Source: Acutalibacteraceae bacterium
GTDB taxonomy: Bacteria; Bacillota; Clostridia; Oscillospirales; Acutalibacteraceae
Reading direction: 5' to 3'
Length of the DNA stretch: 64,000 nucleotides
Assembly: GCA_045629785.1 (NCBI GenBank)
Contig: JAZQRX010000012.1
Location: 22,135-86,134 of the forward strand
Both the position numbers and the translations under genes were made by a program. Positions 37,134-46,975 of this stretch are shown here, in pieces (within the stretch, counting starts at the first letter, position 1; every line of letters begins with the position of its first letter). Under the pieces are notes generated by a model. It had not been told where the DNA came from. It searched no databases and worked only from the letters and a program-made list of their open reading frames with translations.

Positions 37134-37550
37134 ATGATTTCACTTATTATAGGCAACAAAGGTTCCGGTAAAACAAAAAGACTTATCGCTCTCATTAATG
37201 ATGCGGTAGCAAATTCTGACGGAACAGTAGTTTGCATTGAAAAATCCCCGTTACTTACTTATGAGGTAACTCACAAAGCAAGACTTATCGAAACAGAGCG
37301 TTTTGCAATTGAGGGTTGTGACGCTTTCTATGGTATGGTATGTGGCATTATCGCACAGGACCATGACATTACAGAGATTTTTGTTGACGCAACATTCAAA
37401 ATCGTTGGCAGAGATTACGATGAGTTCGCTGCTCTTATTAATAAACTCAGCAAGGTTTCTGAAGATACCGGCGTTAAGTTTGTATTCACAGTTTCTGAAG
37501 ATAAAGAGAAACTCCCCGAAGCACTTTTCGCAAATGTAGAGGTTATCTGA
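37134..37550 (+). CDS. hypothetical small P-loop NTPase-like protein
   Basis: Walker A-like GNKGSGKT at the N-terminus and a Walker B-like EIFVDAT. GGAGG RBS. Confidence 0.5.
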   Translation: MISLIIGNKGSGKTKRLIALINDAVANSDGTVVCIEKSPLLTYEVTHKARLIETERFAIEGCDAFYGMVCGIIAQDHDITEIFVDATFKIVGRDYDEFAALINKLSKVSEDTGVKFVFTVSEDKEKLPEALFANVEVI

Positions 37551-37560
37551 TTGCAAATTT

Positions 37561-37598
37561 AAAAGTCCCCTCAACAGAGGGGACTTTTTCTGTTTTTT
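37561..37598 (+). terminator. rho-independent terminator
   Basis: AAAAGTCCCCTC-aaca-GAGGGGACTTTT followed by TCTGTTTTTT. Confidence 0.85.
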
Positions 37599-37635
37599 AT
37601 TGTCATTAAAATATCAAAAAAATCAAAATTTGATA

Positions 37636-37664
37636 TTGACAAAATGAGATTAAGATAATATAAT
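37636..37664 (+). promoter_or_regulatory. sigma-A-type promoter of yceD-rpmF
   Basis: TTGACA (37636-37641), 17-nt spacer, TATAAT (37659-37664). Confidence 0.65.
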
Positions 37665-37691
37665 ATTCGGGTATGTTGAGAGGTAATGTGT

Positions 37692-38186
37692 ATGATTATC
37701 GAACTTGAATCAATTTTCAATACAGAGGGTATGAAGGTTCCTTTTGAATATGAGCTTTCGCTTTCTTCTATCGATGTTGCAGGGTATAGCCCTGTTACAG
37801 AGCCCGTTAGGGTTAGCGGTCTTGTTGAAAATAAAGCAGGTATAGTTAATCTTACTGCAAGTGTTGGTCTTACATACGGGGCACCTTGTGACCGTTGCGC
37901 TAAAGATGTTGAGCGTCAGTTCAATTATAATTTTGAGCACACCTTGGTCGTTGCCCTCGAAAGTGGCGAAAACGATGCCTTTTTAGAGGTACCTAATATG
38001 CGCCTTGACCTTGATGCACTTGTTGAGGAAGATGTCAATCTCGCTCTTCCCTCTAAATACCTTTGCGACGATGATTGTAAAGGTCTTTGCCCACAGTGTG
38101 GTCAGAACCTTAACGAGAGCCAATGCAATTGTAAAGCGCCCATTGATCCACGCTTTGAGGCACTTTTACAGCTTTTGGATGAGTAA
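37692..38186 (+). CDS. yceD: DUF177/YceD family protein (large ribosomal RNA subunit accumulation protein)
   Basis: Lies immediately upstream of rpmF. C-terminal Cys cluster CDDDCKGLCPQCGQNLN...CNC. Confidence 0.85.
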   Translation: MIIELESIFNTEGMKVPFEYELSLSSIDVAGYSPVTEPVRVSGLVENKAGIVNLTASVGLTYGAPCDRCAKDVERQFNYNFEHTLVVALESGENDAFLEVPNMRLDLDALVEEDVNLALPSKYLCDDDCKGLCPQCGQNLNESQCNCKAPIDPRFEALLQLLDE

Positions 38187-38221
38187 GTAATTTTTTAAAC
38201 ATTATATAGGAGGTAGTACTA

Positions 38222-38401
38222 ATGGCAGTACCTAAGAGAAGAGTTTCTAAAGCAAGACGTGACAAGAGAAGATCCAACGTTTGGAAAATGGATGCAGCTG
38301 CACTCGTAAAGTGCCCCAACTGTGGTGAATTCAAAAGACCCCACAGACTTTGCACAGCATGCGGCTACTACAACGGCAAGCAGGTTATCGCAGTAGACTA
38401 A
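38222..38401 (+). CDS. rpmF: 50S ribosomal protein L32
   Basis: [22 protein letters not shown]...[20 protein letters not shown], 59 aa, AGGAGG RBS. Shorter than the ORF-track cutoff. Confidence 0.95.
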   Translation: MAVPKRRVSKARRDKRRSNVWKMDAAALVKCPNCGEFKRPHRLCTACGYYNGKQVIAVD

Positions 38402-38495
38402 TCTGTAATAGTTGCAACTCGTATTTCAGAGGGCGGTGAGAGAAAAGTCTCCCCGCCCTGTTGGACTTTAATCAGGAAAGTAAGGGGGTGGGCTT

Positions 38496-39806
38496 GTGTC
38501 TGTAATTGTAAAAGATGTTGTTGACGGCTCTTATGGTCACAGGGCAGGTGTTTTGCCGGGTGACGAGCTTGTTGCCATAAATTCACACGATATTTTTGAT
38601 GTGCTTGATTATCGTTTTTATATTCAGTCACGTAAGCTCACGCTTTCTGTTAATCGTAATGGTGAGCAATTAACCTTTAATATCCGCAAGGGTGACGAAT
38701 TTGCAGATATCGGGCTTGATTTTGAAACATACCTTATGGATAAACAACATTCCTGCAAAAACAAGTGTGTTTTCTGCTTTGTTGATCAAATGCCAAAGGG
38801 TATGCGTGACACCTTGTATTTTAAAGATGACGATGCACGAATGTCCTTTCTTTTCGGTAATTACATCACCTTAACGGGTCTTTGTGAGCGTGAGGTTCAG
38901 CGCATTATTGATATGCACATTTCACCGATAAACATTTCTGTTCACACAATGAACCCTGCTTTACGCGTTGAAATGATGAAAAATCCCAATTCGGGTGAGT
39001 CACTTAAGATTATCGACAGATTTTCTCAAAGTGGTATTGAAATGAACACTCAGCTTGTGCTTTGTCCCGGTATTAATGATGGTGATGAACTGCGCTTTTC
39101 TTTAAGTGAACTTGCAAAGCATAAAACGGTCAAAAGTATCGCGGCCGTTCCTGTAGGTCTTACAAAGTACCGCGATGGGCTTTACCCTTTAAGGACTTAT
39201 ACCAAGGATGAGGCAGCGGCAGTTATTGATATTATCGATGAATTTAACGCTCATTACGCGTTCTTTAATGATGGACAGATTCTTGCCTATGCATCTGATG
39301 AATTTTACCTTATAGCAGAGCGACCATTACCCACCGCAGAATATTATGGTGAGTTTTCACAGCTTGATAATGGCGTGGGTGTATGTGCACTCCTTAAGGA
39401 TGAATTTATAAACGCACTTACAGATACCCAAAGCAGGTCAGTAAACCGCACAGTCACAATTGCCACAGGTGATGCTGCATATGACTTGTTGTGTGAGCTT
39501 TCACATATGGCAGAAGAAAAGTTCAACGGATTAAAAATAAATGTAATTAAAATTATAAACAATTTCTTCGGTGAGACGGTAACTGTTGCAGGGCTTATTA
39601 CCGGGCAGGACTATAAAGTGCAGCTTAAAGGTAAATATTTAGGTGATGCTTTATTTATTCCACGTGTCTCTCTTCGTAATGAGGGTGATAAATTCCTTGA
39701 TGACGTTACATTCCAGGAGCTTGAAGAATTTTTAGGTGTAAAAACTTATGCCGTGCCCAACGATGGGTATGTGCTTTTAGATATGTTAATTGACGGAGGT
39801 GTTTAA
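38496..39806 (+). CDS. PDZ-domain / radical-SAM-like DUF512 family protein
   Basis: N-terminal PDZ-like GHRAGVLPGDELVAING and the Cys motif CKNKCVFCF. Commonly sits upstream of der in Clostridia. Confidence 0.75.
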   Translation: MSVIVKDVVDGSYGHRAGVLPGDELVAINSHDIFDVLDYRFYIQSRKLTLSVNRNGEQLTFNIRKGDEFADIGLDFETYLMDKQHSCKNKCVFCFVDQMPKGMRDTLYFKDDDARMSFLFGNYITLTGLCEREVQRIIDMHISPINISVHTMNPALRVEMMKNPNSGESLKIIDRFSQSGIEMNTQLVLCPGINDGDELRFSLSELAKHKTVKSIAAVPVGLTKYRDGLYPLRTYTKDEAAAVIDIIDEFNAHYAFFNDGQILAYASDEFYLIAERPLPTAEYYGEFSQLDNGVGVCALLKDEFINALTDTQSRSVNRTVTIATGDAAYDLLCELSHMAEEKFNGLKINVIKIINNFFGETVTVAGLITGQDYKVQLKGKYLGDALFIPRVSLRNEGDKFLDDVTFQELEEFLGVKTYAVPNDGYVLLDMLIDGGV

Positions 39807-39807
39807 T

Positions 39808-41145
39808 ATGCCAAGACCTGTTGTTGCCATTGTTGGCAGACCTAACGTAGGTAAATCAACACTTTTCAATAAGCTTACAGGTACAAGACTTGCAATTGTT
39901 GATAACACTCCCGGTGTTACTCGTGACCGACTTTTTGGTGATTGCGAGTGGCTGGGTCACAATATGATGCTTGTTGATACAGGCGGTATCGAGCCTTATT
40001 CAACAGATGTTATTCTTTCACAGATGCGCCGTCAGGCTCAGCTTGCCATTGATAGTGCAAACGTAATTATTATGGTTACTGATGTGCGTGATGGTATTGT
40101 TGCAACAGACGAAGAGGTTGCCACAATGCTTCAGAAAAGCGGTAAGCCCATTGTCCTTGCTGTAAATAAGTGCGATGGTCTCGGTGCACCACCACCCGAG
40201 CTTTACGAGTTCTATAACTTAGGTCTCGGTGACCCCATTCCCGTTTCATCTGTTCATGGTCACGGTACAGGTGATTTGCTTGATGAAGTTCTTAAGCATT
40301 TACCTGAGGAATACCTTGCAGAGGATAACGATGAGGATGATTATATCAAGGTTGCTGTTATTGGTAAGCCTAATGTAGGTAAATCATCACTTGTCAACAG
40401 AATCATCGGTGAGGACAGAATGATTGTTTCTAACATCGCAGGTACAACACGCGATGCTACCGATAGCTTTGTTGAGAATGACCATGGCAAGTTTATGTTT
40501 ATTGATACTGCGGGTCTTCGTCGTAAATCAAAGGTCGACGAGGCTGTAGAAAAATACAGCGTACTTCGTACAGATATGGCTATTGAACGTGCCAATGTCT
40601 GCGTTATTATGGTAGATGCCCTTGAGGGCTTTACCGAGCAGGATAGCAAGGTTGCAGGTAAAGCACTTGACCTTGGTAAGGCTTGTATTATCGCTGTTAA
40701 TAAGTGGGATGCTTATGCAAAAGACGGCAAAACAATGGATAGCTACCGCAAAGAGCTTATGAAGGATTTTGCGTTTATGTCATTTGCTCCGATTATTTTC
40801 ATTTCAGCTAAAACCGGTCAGCGTGTTGATCGCCTTTATGAGCTTATAAAGTTTGTTGATACACAGAATGCTATGCGTATCAAAACAGGTCAGCTTAATG
40901 AGATTCTTGCAGCGGCAACACTTCGTGTGCAACCCCCAACAGATAGGGGCAAGCGCTTGAAGATTTATTATATGACTCAGGCATCAACAAGACCGCCAAC
41001 ATTTATCTGCTTTGTTAATAGTGCAGAGCTTTTCCATTACAGCTATCAGCGCTATCTCGAAAACCAGATTCGTGAGGTTTACGGCCTTGAAGGCACGCCC
41101 GTACGCTTCGTAATCCGCGAGCGTGACGATAAAAGCAAACACTAA
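39808..41145 (+). CDS. der: ribosome biogenesis GTPase Der/EngA
   Basis: Two G domains ([12 protein letters not shown] and GKPNVGKSSLVN) plus a KH-like C-terminus. GGAGG RBS before ATG 39808. Confidence 0.95.
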   Translation: MPRPVVAIVGRPNVGKSTLFNKLTGTRLAIVDNTPGVTRDRLFGDCEWLGHNMMLVDTGGIEPYSTDVILSQMRRQAQLAIDSANVIIMVTDVRDGIVATDEEVATMLQKSGKPIVLAVNKCDGLGAPPPELYEFYNLGLGDPIPVSSVHGHGTGDLLDEVLKHLPEEYLAEDNDEDDYIKVAVIGKPNVGKSSLVNRIIGEDRMIVSNIAGTTRDATDSFVENDHGKFMFIDTAGLRRKSKVDEAVEKYSVLRTDMAIERANVCVIMVDALEGFTEQDSKVAGKALDLGKACIIAVNKWDAYAKDGKTMDSYRKELMKDFAFMSFAPIIFISAKTGQRVDRLYELIKFVDTQNAMRIKTGQLNEILAAATLRVQPPTDRGKRLKIYYMTQASTRPPTFICFVNSAELFHYSYQRYLENQIREVYGLEGTPVRFVIRERDDKSKH

Positions 41146-41160
41146 ATAAATTTGTATTTT

Positions 41161-41194
41161 AAAACGGTAGGTTTAAGCCTGCCGTTTTTCTTTT
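41161..41194 (+). terminator. rho-independent terminator after der
   Basis: AAAACGGTAGG-tttaag-CCTGCCGTTTT (one U-G pair) followed by TCTTTT. Confidence 0.75.
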
Positions 41195-41206
41195 AATTAT
41201 CTGATG

Positions 41207-41224
41207 TTGTTGAAAAATCAACAA
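41207..41224. promoter_or_regulatory. palindromic operator-like site overlapping the -35 of the GH30-like/transporter operon
   Basis: TTGTTGA-aaaa-TCAACAA, perfect 7-bp arms. The embedded TTGAAA lies 17 nt from TATAAT. Confidence 0.4.
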
Positions 41225-41272
41225 ATGTATAATATAATATGAACAATACAGTGAAAAAAATAAGGTGATTTT

Positions 41273-42646
41273 ATGGAGCTGAAAATCAACCCTAAAAAAG
41301 AATATCAGACCTTCAAGAGCATTGGCGCAAGCGGTGCTTGGTGGGCGCAGATTGTTGGTGGCTGGAGTCATATTGACCCACAATCGGGCAAGCCTGTCCG
41401 CGATAGAATTGCAGAGCTATTATATAACAAAGAAACAGGCATTGGTATGGGTGTATACCGCTACAATATCGGTGGTGGCTCCAAGCATTCGGGCAAGGGT
41501 GAATACAGTCAGCCTGCACGTGCTACAGAGTGCTTTGAAACAGCCCCCGGTGAATATGACTGGAACCGTGACAAAAACGCAGTTTATATGATGAAAAAGT
41601 GCGTTGAAAATGGTGCTGACGAAGTAATATTCTTTGTTAATTCACCTATTGAAAGGCTTACTAAAAACGGACTTGCCCATAACAAAAAGTATCAGCTTTT
41701 TCACGAGAATATCAGTAAGAAAAATTACAAGGAATTTGCAAAATACTGCCTTGATGTTACCGAGCATTTTGTTGGTGAGGGTATGCCGATAAAATACCTT
41801 TCACCTGTCAATGAGCCTATATGGGTGTGGAATGGTGGTCAGGAGGGCTGCTTTTACCGCCCTCGTAGTGTAAAAAATGTTTTTAAGGTTTTTGCCGAAG
41901 AAATTGATAAGCGTGATTCCCTCAAAAACATAAAGCTTTCGGGTGCAGAATCAGGTGATTTGCGTTGGTTTAACAAGTCCTACACCCGACAGCTCCTTAA
42001 GGATAAAAACGTACGTGATCACCTTGATGGTGTAGACGTTCACTCCTATTGTCTGCCTTTGCCGTTACCCATAACCATTCCGTTTCTTAACGACAGATTA
42101 GGCTTTGTAAAGCGTTTTCGTAAGTTTATGGATAAAAAATATCCCGATGTGCCCATTATAATGAGCGAATGGACTCATATGCAGGGTGGCAGAGATTATG
42201 GTATGGATTCTGCCCTTGTTACCGCCAAAACAATGTACGAGGATTTTACACTCCTTAATGCGGTTTCGTGGCAGCATTGGATTGCCGTTTCTGAGGTGGA
42301 TTATTGCGACGGACTTATTTACATAAATCTTGACGAAAAAACCTTTGAAATTACCAAAAGATATTATGTGACAGGTAACTATTCAAAGTATGTAACGCCC
42401 GGCTCAAAGCGTATCGAGGCAAGCATTGATGATAACGATTTGCTTGTTACTGCATTTAAAAATAGCGATGAAATTGTTCTTGTTATTGTAAATAATTCAG
42501 AATGCGAAAAGGGGATTGTGTTACCCCGATATAATGACATTGTGCTTTCTGTTACAGATAAAGATAATAACCTTGCAGAAGCCAAAGCAATTTCAAACCA
42601 AATTAAGCTAACGCCCAAATCTGTTACAACTGTGGTGATGAAATGA
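41273..42646 (+). CDS. intracellular glycoside hydrolase, clan GH-A (GH30-like)
   Basis: IGASGAWW near the N-terminus, the acid/base-like motif SPVNEPIW and the nucleophile-like motif MSEWTH. No signal peptide. Confidence 0.5.
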   Translation: MELKINPKKEYQTFKSIGASGAWWAQIVGGWSHIDPQSGKPVRDRIAELLYNKETGIGMGVYRYNIGGGSKHSGKGEYSQPARATECFETAPGEYDWNRDKNAVYMMKKCVENGADEVIFFVNSPIERLTKNGLAHNKKYQLFHENISKKNYKEFAKYCLDVTEHFVGEGMPIKYLSPVNEPIWVWNGGQEGCFYRPRSVKNVFKVFAEEIDKRDSLKNIKLSGAESGDLRWFNKSYTRQLLKDKNVRDHLDGVDVHSYCLPLPLPITIPFLNDRLGFVKRFRKFMDKKYPDVPIIMSEWTHMQGGRDYGMDSALVTAKTMYEDFTLLNAVSWQHWIAVSEVDYCDGLIYINLDEKTFEITKRYYVTGNYSKYVTPGSKRIEASIDDNDLLVTAFKNSDEIVLVIVNNSECEKGIVLPRYNDIVLSVTDKDNNLAEAKAISNQIKLTPKSVTTVVMK

Positions 42647-44823
42647 AAAATAAAATATTAAGTATTTTGCTATCAGTCAAAAAGAATTGGAAAACTGCCC
42701 CCGATGATAGATTTATTCCTTTCAGGGAGATTGCTTCCCTTGCCGTTGGCGGTATCGGTGTTAAATTTATTGTGTATTGTGTCAGCACAATGATATTAAG
42801 CGTGGGTAACACACTTATCGGTAACACTATCGGTATACCGCCTACGTCTATTTACTTTATTTACATACTCAGCGTTATTGCAAGCTTCCCCTTGACAGGC
42901 TTAAGGGCAAAAATGATTGACAATTCAAAGAGTATGAAGGGTAAATACCGCCCATATATACTTACTATGGGCTTGCCTACAGTCCTTCTTGGTATCGGCT
43001 TTATATGGGCACCGTATGAGCTTATGTCTATGCCCGTGAAATGTATAGTTGTGTTGCTATTTAACATCGGCTTTCAGTTTTTCTATAACTTTTTGCTTGA
43101 TGCAAATGACAGCATCATAAACGTTCTTTCACCTAATTCAATTGAGCGTACAGATGTCTATGCGGTGAAGTCGGTTATTGAAAATATTTCACCCTCAATC
43201 GCAAGTATATTCCTCCCCATTGTGGCAAAGGCAATAACAGGTGATAACACACTTTATGATATGACAGTTTACAGAGTGCTCTATCCACCTATGCTTGTTG
43301 TTGGCTTCCTTGTATCAATCATCATTTACGTTAATACAGAGGAACGAATTGTTCAGCCTAAAAATCATACAGTCAGTATGAGCTTTATCGATTCTTTTCG
43401 CGCCGTTGCAAGAAATAAATATTTCTGGATAATTTCTCTCGCAGGGTGGATAGGCTTCCTTGAGGGGTCATTCGGTACCATTCTTGGCTGGATGTACAAT
43501 TATCAGGAGGTTTGCTCAGCATCACAGTATGCAATAATTACAGCTATTGTGGGTAATGCCTCATTGTGGCCCAATCTTTTTGCCCCATTCCTTATAAGGC
43601 GTTTTGGTAAAAAGAAAATACTTATTTTAAGCAACGTGCTCAATATCATATTTATTGCTCTTATGCTGCCCGTTATACGAATGAGTGGTGGCGGTGTGAT
43701 ATGGATTCTGCTTGTATTTATCTTTATAAATCAGTTGCTGACTTCCTGTGGCCATTTTATGAACCCCAGCCTTAATGCTGATATAAGGGATTATCAGCAG
43801 TACATCAGCGGTGAGCGTATTGACGGTATGTTCTCTGCAATTGGTCTTGTGGGTAGTATAATCACACTTGCAACATCATCCGTTTTACCTGCAATTTATG
43901 AAAAGGCAGGTCTTAATGCAGAAAAAGCCGTAGCCCTTGGCTACAGCGCAGATAACGTGTATGATGTGCTTTATAATACAGAGCTTTTTCAATCAATATG
44001 CTCTGTGCTTATTATAGCATCGGTTGTGGGTGCAACCCTTAACGTTATACCTTTTTTCTTCTATGACCTGACTGAAACTAAGCAAAAGGCTATGGTTCAG
44101 GTTCTTCGTATCCGAGCATATTTTGAGGATGCGCTGGGTGGAATCGCAACTAAAGAACAAGAGAGTGAATTTAACGAGCTTGTAAATACTGCGAAAGCAT
44201 TTTCAGATAAAGAAATCCGCACTATTACCAAGGGTATGAGCAAGGCGGAGAAAAAGCAGATTCGTGAAGATAACGAGCAGATAGAAATTTCAAGGATTAT
44301 TCTTAATGAGCTTAACTATTTCAATACACCTCAGGGTGAATTTGAACTAAAATATGCTCAGCAGGTTGTGTCGGGTAAGGGTGTTGATGCCTCTGCGCTC
44401 CTTGTGCAAATGAAAGCATTACCCAAAACCACCACAGAGGAAAAAGACTTCCGTAGAAAAATGATTTCTTCTGTAAAGGATTTCAAAATTGCTGAAAAAA
44501 CAGCGGCTAGTGAAAAGTTCATATCTGCCGCAGATTTTGATAGTAGCATTTTTACAGACCTTTTCAATACATCTGACAGACTAACCCTTGAAATTACAGA
44601 TGTACAAAAGAAGCTTAAATCAGCTAAAGAGTCCAAAAATGATACAAAAGCGCTTAAAGAAAAAATAGCCATTCTTCAAAAAGAACGTAATATCAATGAT
44701 TCTAAAATCAAGGATGCAAAAAAGAAACACATTCTTTACAGCCGTGCTCACAAGCCTACTCTTGATGCACGTAAGTGTATTGCAAGGTGCGAAAGCTACC
44801 GCAATTATCTGAACGTTAATTAA
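42643..44823 (+). CDS. GPH/MFS-type glycoside transporter with ~245-aa hydrophilic Lys/Glu-rich C-terminal extension
   Basis: About 12 hydrophobic segments in the first ~480 aa, then a charged tail that is helical-looking. The start overlaps the hydrolase stop (ATGA). Confidence 0.7.
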   Translation: MKNKILSILLSVKKNWKTAPDDRFIPFREIASLAVGGIGVKFIVYCVSTMILSVGNTLIGNTIGIPPTSIYFIYILSVIASFPLTGLRAKMIDNSKSMKGKYRPYILTMGLPTVLLGIGFIWAPYELMSMPVKCIVVLLFNIGFQFFYNFLLDANDSIINVLSPNSIERTDVYAVKSVIENISPSIASIFLPIVAKAITGDNTLYDMTVYRVLYPPMLVVGFLVSIIIYVNTEERIVQPKNHTVSMSFIDSFRAVARNKYFWIISLAGWIGFLEGSFGTILGWMYNYQEVCSASQYAIITAIVGNASLWPNLFAPFLIRRFGKKKILILSNVLNIIFIALMLPVIRMSGGGVIWILLVFIFINQLLTSCGHFMNPSLNADIRDYQQYISGERIDGMFSAIGLVGSIITLATSSVLPAIYEKAGLNAEKAVALGYSADNVYDVLYNTELFQSICSVLIIASVVGATLNVIPFFFYDLTETKQKAMVQVLRIRAYFEDALGGIATKEQESEFNELVNTAKAFSDKEIRTITKGMSKAEKKQIREDNEQIEISRIILNELNYFNTPQGEFELKYAQQVVSGKGVDASALLVQMKALPKTTTEEKDFRRKMISSVKDFKIAEKTAASEKFISAADFDSSIFTDLFNTSDRLTLEITDVQKKLKSAKESKNDTKALKEKIAILQKERNINDSKIKDAKKKHILYSRAHKPTLDARKCIARCESYRNYLNVN

Positions 44824-44839
44824 CTAAAACAAAAGGAAC

Positions 44840-44906
44840 GCGAAGCCTTACCTCCCTGACCATAGGGAGTGGGACCGTTGCCTTTAGCAACGGTGGTGGG
44901 TAGTTC
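44840..44906 (+). repeat. two-hairpin repeat unit A, copy 2
   Basis: GCGAAGCCTTACCTCCCTgaccatAGGGAGTGGGACCGTTGCctttaGCAACGGTGGTGGGTAGTTCC. The flanks match copy 1 at 11151-11215, and the second stem is rewritten with pairing preserved. Confidence 0.8.
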
Positions 44907-44935
44907 CGTTTATCGTTAGCCTTCAGTTGCTCAAA

Positions 44936-44968
44936 ACAAAACCCCACAGAGTTTTCTCTGTGGGGTTT
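44936..44968. terminator. bidirectional terminator between the transporter and the APC permease
   Basis: CCCCACAGAG-tttt-CTCTGTGGGG, a perfect 10-bp stem with an A-run upstream and TTT downstream. Confidence 0.8.
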
Positions 44969-44986
44969 GCTATTATAAAGCATCAA

Positions 44987-46462
44987 TCAGTTTTTATTTG
45001 TTTTAGGCTTCATCATAATAGCACCGATTGCCATGATTACAACGAATACAATAAGGTAGAAGAGTACGGGGCATGAGAAGCCGCCTTCAGCCTTGGCTGC
45101 AACGTAAGGTGCATAGCCGTGTGAATAGATAGCTGCAAATACCATAAATGCAGAGCCTATAATACCAAGCAAGGGAAGAATAAATCTCTTAACAGCAGGC
45201 AGAGATTTTTCTTTTCTCATAAACTGAATAAACATAGGGATGTAAAGTGCATAGATTGTGATAATGGGAAGCTCAGAAGAATCAAAGCTGAATTTACCGA
45301 ACCAGGGAGTTTCTACAAGGTTTGCACCGTAGAAGTAAACAAGCCATGCTGCAACTATTACAAGACCAACAATACATGAGTTAGAGGGCATACCTGATGC
45401 AGGGTCAACCTGCTTCATAAGCTCAACCTTGGGGCCCATATTACGTACTGAAAGTGAATACATACCACGGATACAACCAATAAGAAGACCATTGAGTGTA
45501 CCAAGGCAGGATACTGAAACAAACAAATTAAGAATGTTGCCGAATACATTACCGAATACATTTACGAAAGCAACAGGAGCGCCCTGATTTGCATCCTTGA
45601 GTACCTCAACAGGGGCACCACCTGCAACACCAATGTAATAGAAAAGGTAAATTGCAATTATAATGATACCGCCTATGATAAGCGCAATAGGAAGATTTTT
45701 CTTGGAGTTTTTAATCTCTGAGTTAATTGATGTAGCAAGAATCCAACCCTCATAAGCAAAAGCAGTTGCAACAACAGCGCCAAAGAGTGGTGCGATAGTA
45801 CCTCCGCTTGTGCTGAAATTATCTGCAAGGAGTGATGTAGCATTTTGTACCGGTTCACCTGCAATATTGTGTGAAAGACCATAAATAATGCCGCCAATAG
45901 CCATTGCAAGAAGGGGAATGAATTTGATAAATGTAGCACTTATCTGAAGCTTACCTGCAAGCTTTGATGAAAGTGTGTTAACTGCAAATACAAGTATAAG
46001 AATAAATCCTGCTATAAGGAATGTTTCTGAACTGCTTACGGGACCAAAGTCAGTACCATTTGTTGTAACACTTGCTATGGAAAAATCAGGGTTAACTGAT
46101 TTTACAAAGGTAAGGAAATATCTTGCTGTAAGCCATGCAAGAACAGATGTCATAGCAGGGGTGTAGATTGTGGTGGTAAACCATCCCATCATATAAGCAT
46201 ATTTACTGCCGATTGTTGCCTCTGAATAGTCAACAAGGCCATTAACCCTTTCGTATCTCTGTGCCATAACGCAAAAAGCAAGGATACAGAAAAGCATAAC
46301 AGTACCGCCGATAATCCAGGCAATAATACCAAGGGGCATATCACCATTGGTTTTGTCAAGTATTGTCTGTGCTTTAAAGAATACACCAGAGCCAACAACA
46401 GTACCTACAACCATACAGATAGCCATCAAAAGTCCGTATTGTTTTTTTAATCCGTTTTCCAT
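44987..46462 (-). CDS. APC-family amino acid permease
   Basis: 491 aa with about 12 hydrophobic helices. The N-terminal MAICMVVGTVVGSGVFF is typical of APC transporters. Confidence 0.85.
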   Translation of the reverse strand: MENGLKKQYGLLMAICMVVGTVVGSGVFFKAQTILDKTNGDMPLGIIAWIIGGTVMLFCILAFCVMAQRYERVNGLVDYSEATIGSKYAYMMGWFTTTIYTPAMTSVLAWLTARYFLTFVKSVNPDFSIASVTTNGTDFGPVSSSETFLIAGFILILVFAVNTLSSKLAGKLQISATFIKFIPLLAMAIGGIIYGLSHNIAGEPVQNATSLLADNFSTSGGTIAPLFGAVVATAFAYEGWILATSINSEIKNSKKNLPIALIIGGIIIIAIYLFYYIGVAGGAPVEVLKDANQGAPVAFVNVFGNVFGNILNLFVSVSCLGTLNGLLIGCIRGMYSLSVRNMGPKVELMKQVDPASGMPSNSCIVGLVIVAAWLVYFYGANLVETPWFGKFSFDSSELPIITIYALYIPMFIQFMRKEKSLPAVKRFILPLLGIIGSAFMVFAAIYSHGYAPYVAAKAEGGFSCPVLFYLIVFVVIMAIGAIMMKPKTNKN

Positions 46463-46528
46463 AAAACCACCCTTTTTAAAAGAGAATATATATATAACAC
46501 AAACTGTGTTTATACCGTTATTGTGTGT

Positions 46529-46975
46529 TTATACTGTAAAAAAGTGTTTGTCTAATATATCAGCCGCAGTAATAACAAACTTTACACAGGGACGCACCTT
46601 GTAATACTCTGCTGTGCGTGGGTCTGAAACAGGGCTTGTTGATTTGCCAAGGTTACCTAAAAGGTCACGGCAGATAATTGTTGAGTGCTCTGCTTTAAAC
46701 TCATTTGCAAGCTGTTGAATAAGTGCATAGTGCTGATCCTTTTTTTCTTTAGGGTCATCGTTAGTGTACCCTGCAAGAAGTCCTGCAACCATAAACATAC
46801 CCGAAACAGCACCGCATACCTCACGGAGTCTGCCCATACCACCACCAAAAGATGATGATAAAAGTGCGGCAGTTTTTTCGCTTAAGCCGCAATCCTCTGC
46901 AAATGCAACAAGAACAGCCTGACTGCAGTTATAGCCCTCGCAAAATAATTTTGCGGCACGCTCTGAATGACTCAT
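46529..46975 (-). CDS. C_GCAxxG_C_C family putative redox-active protein
   Basis: CEGYNCSQAV, CGAVSG and a C-terminal RPC. Confidence 0.8.
   Translation of the reverse strand: MSHSERAAKLFCEGYNCSQAVLVAFAEDCGLSEKTAALLSSSFGGGMGRLREVCGAVSGMFMVAGLLAGYTNDDPKEKKDQHYALIQQLANEFKAEHSTIICRDLLGNLGKSTSPVSDPRTAEYYKVRPCVKFVITAADILDKHFFTV

Noticed and set aside
38428-38460. Terminator after rpmF
   Set aside because: A GC-rich hairpin (AGGGCGG...CCGCCCT) is present but has no T-run, and the next gene starts 35 nt later. It may be a processing or attenuation element, but the evidence is too weak to call.
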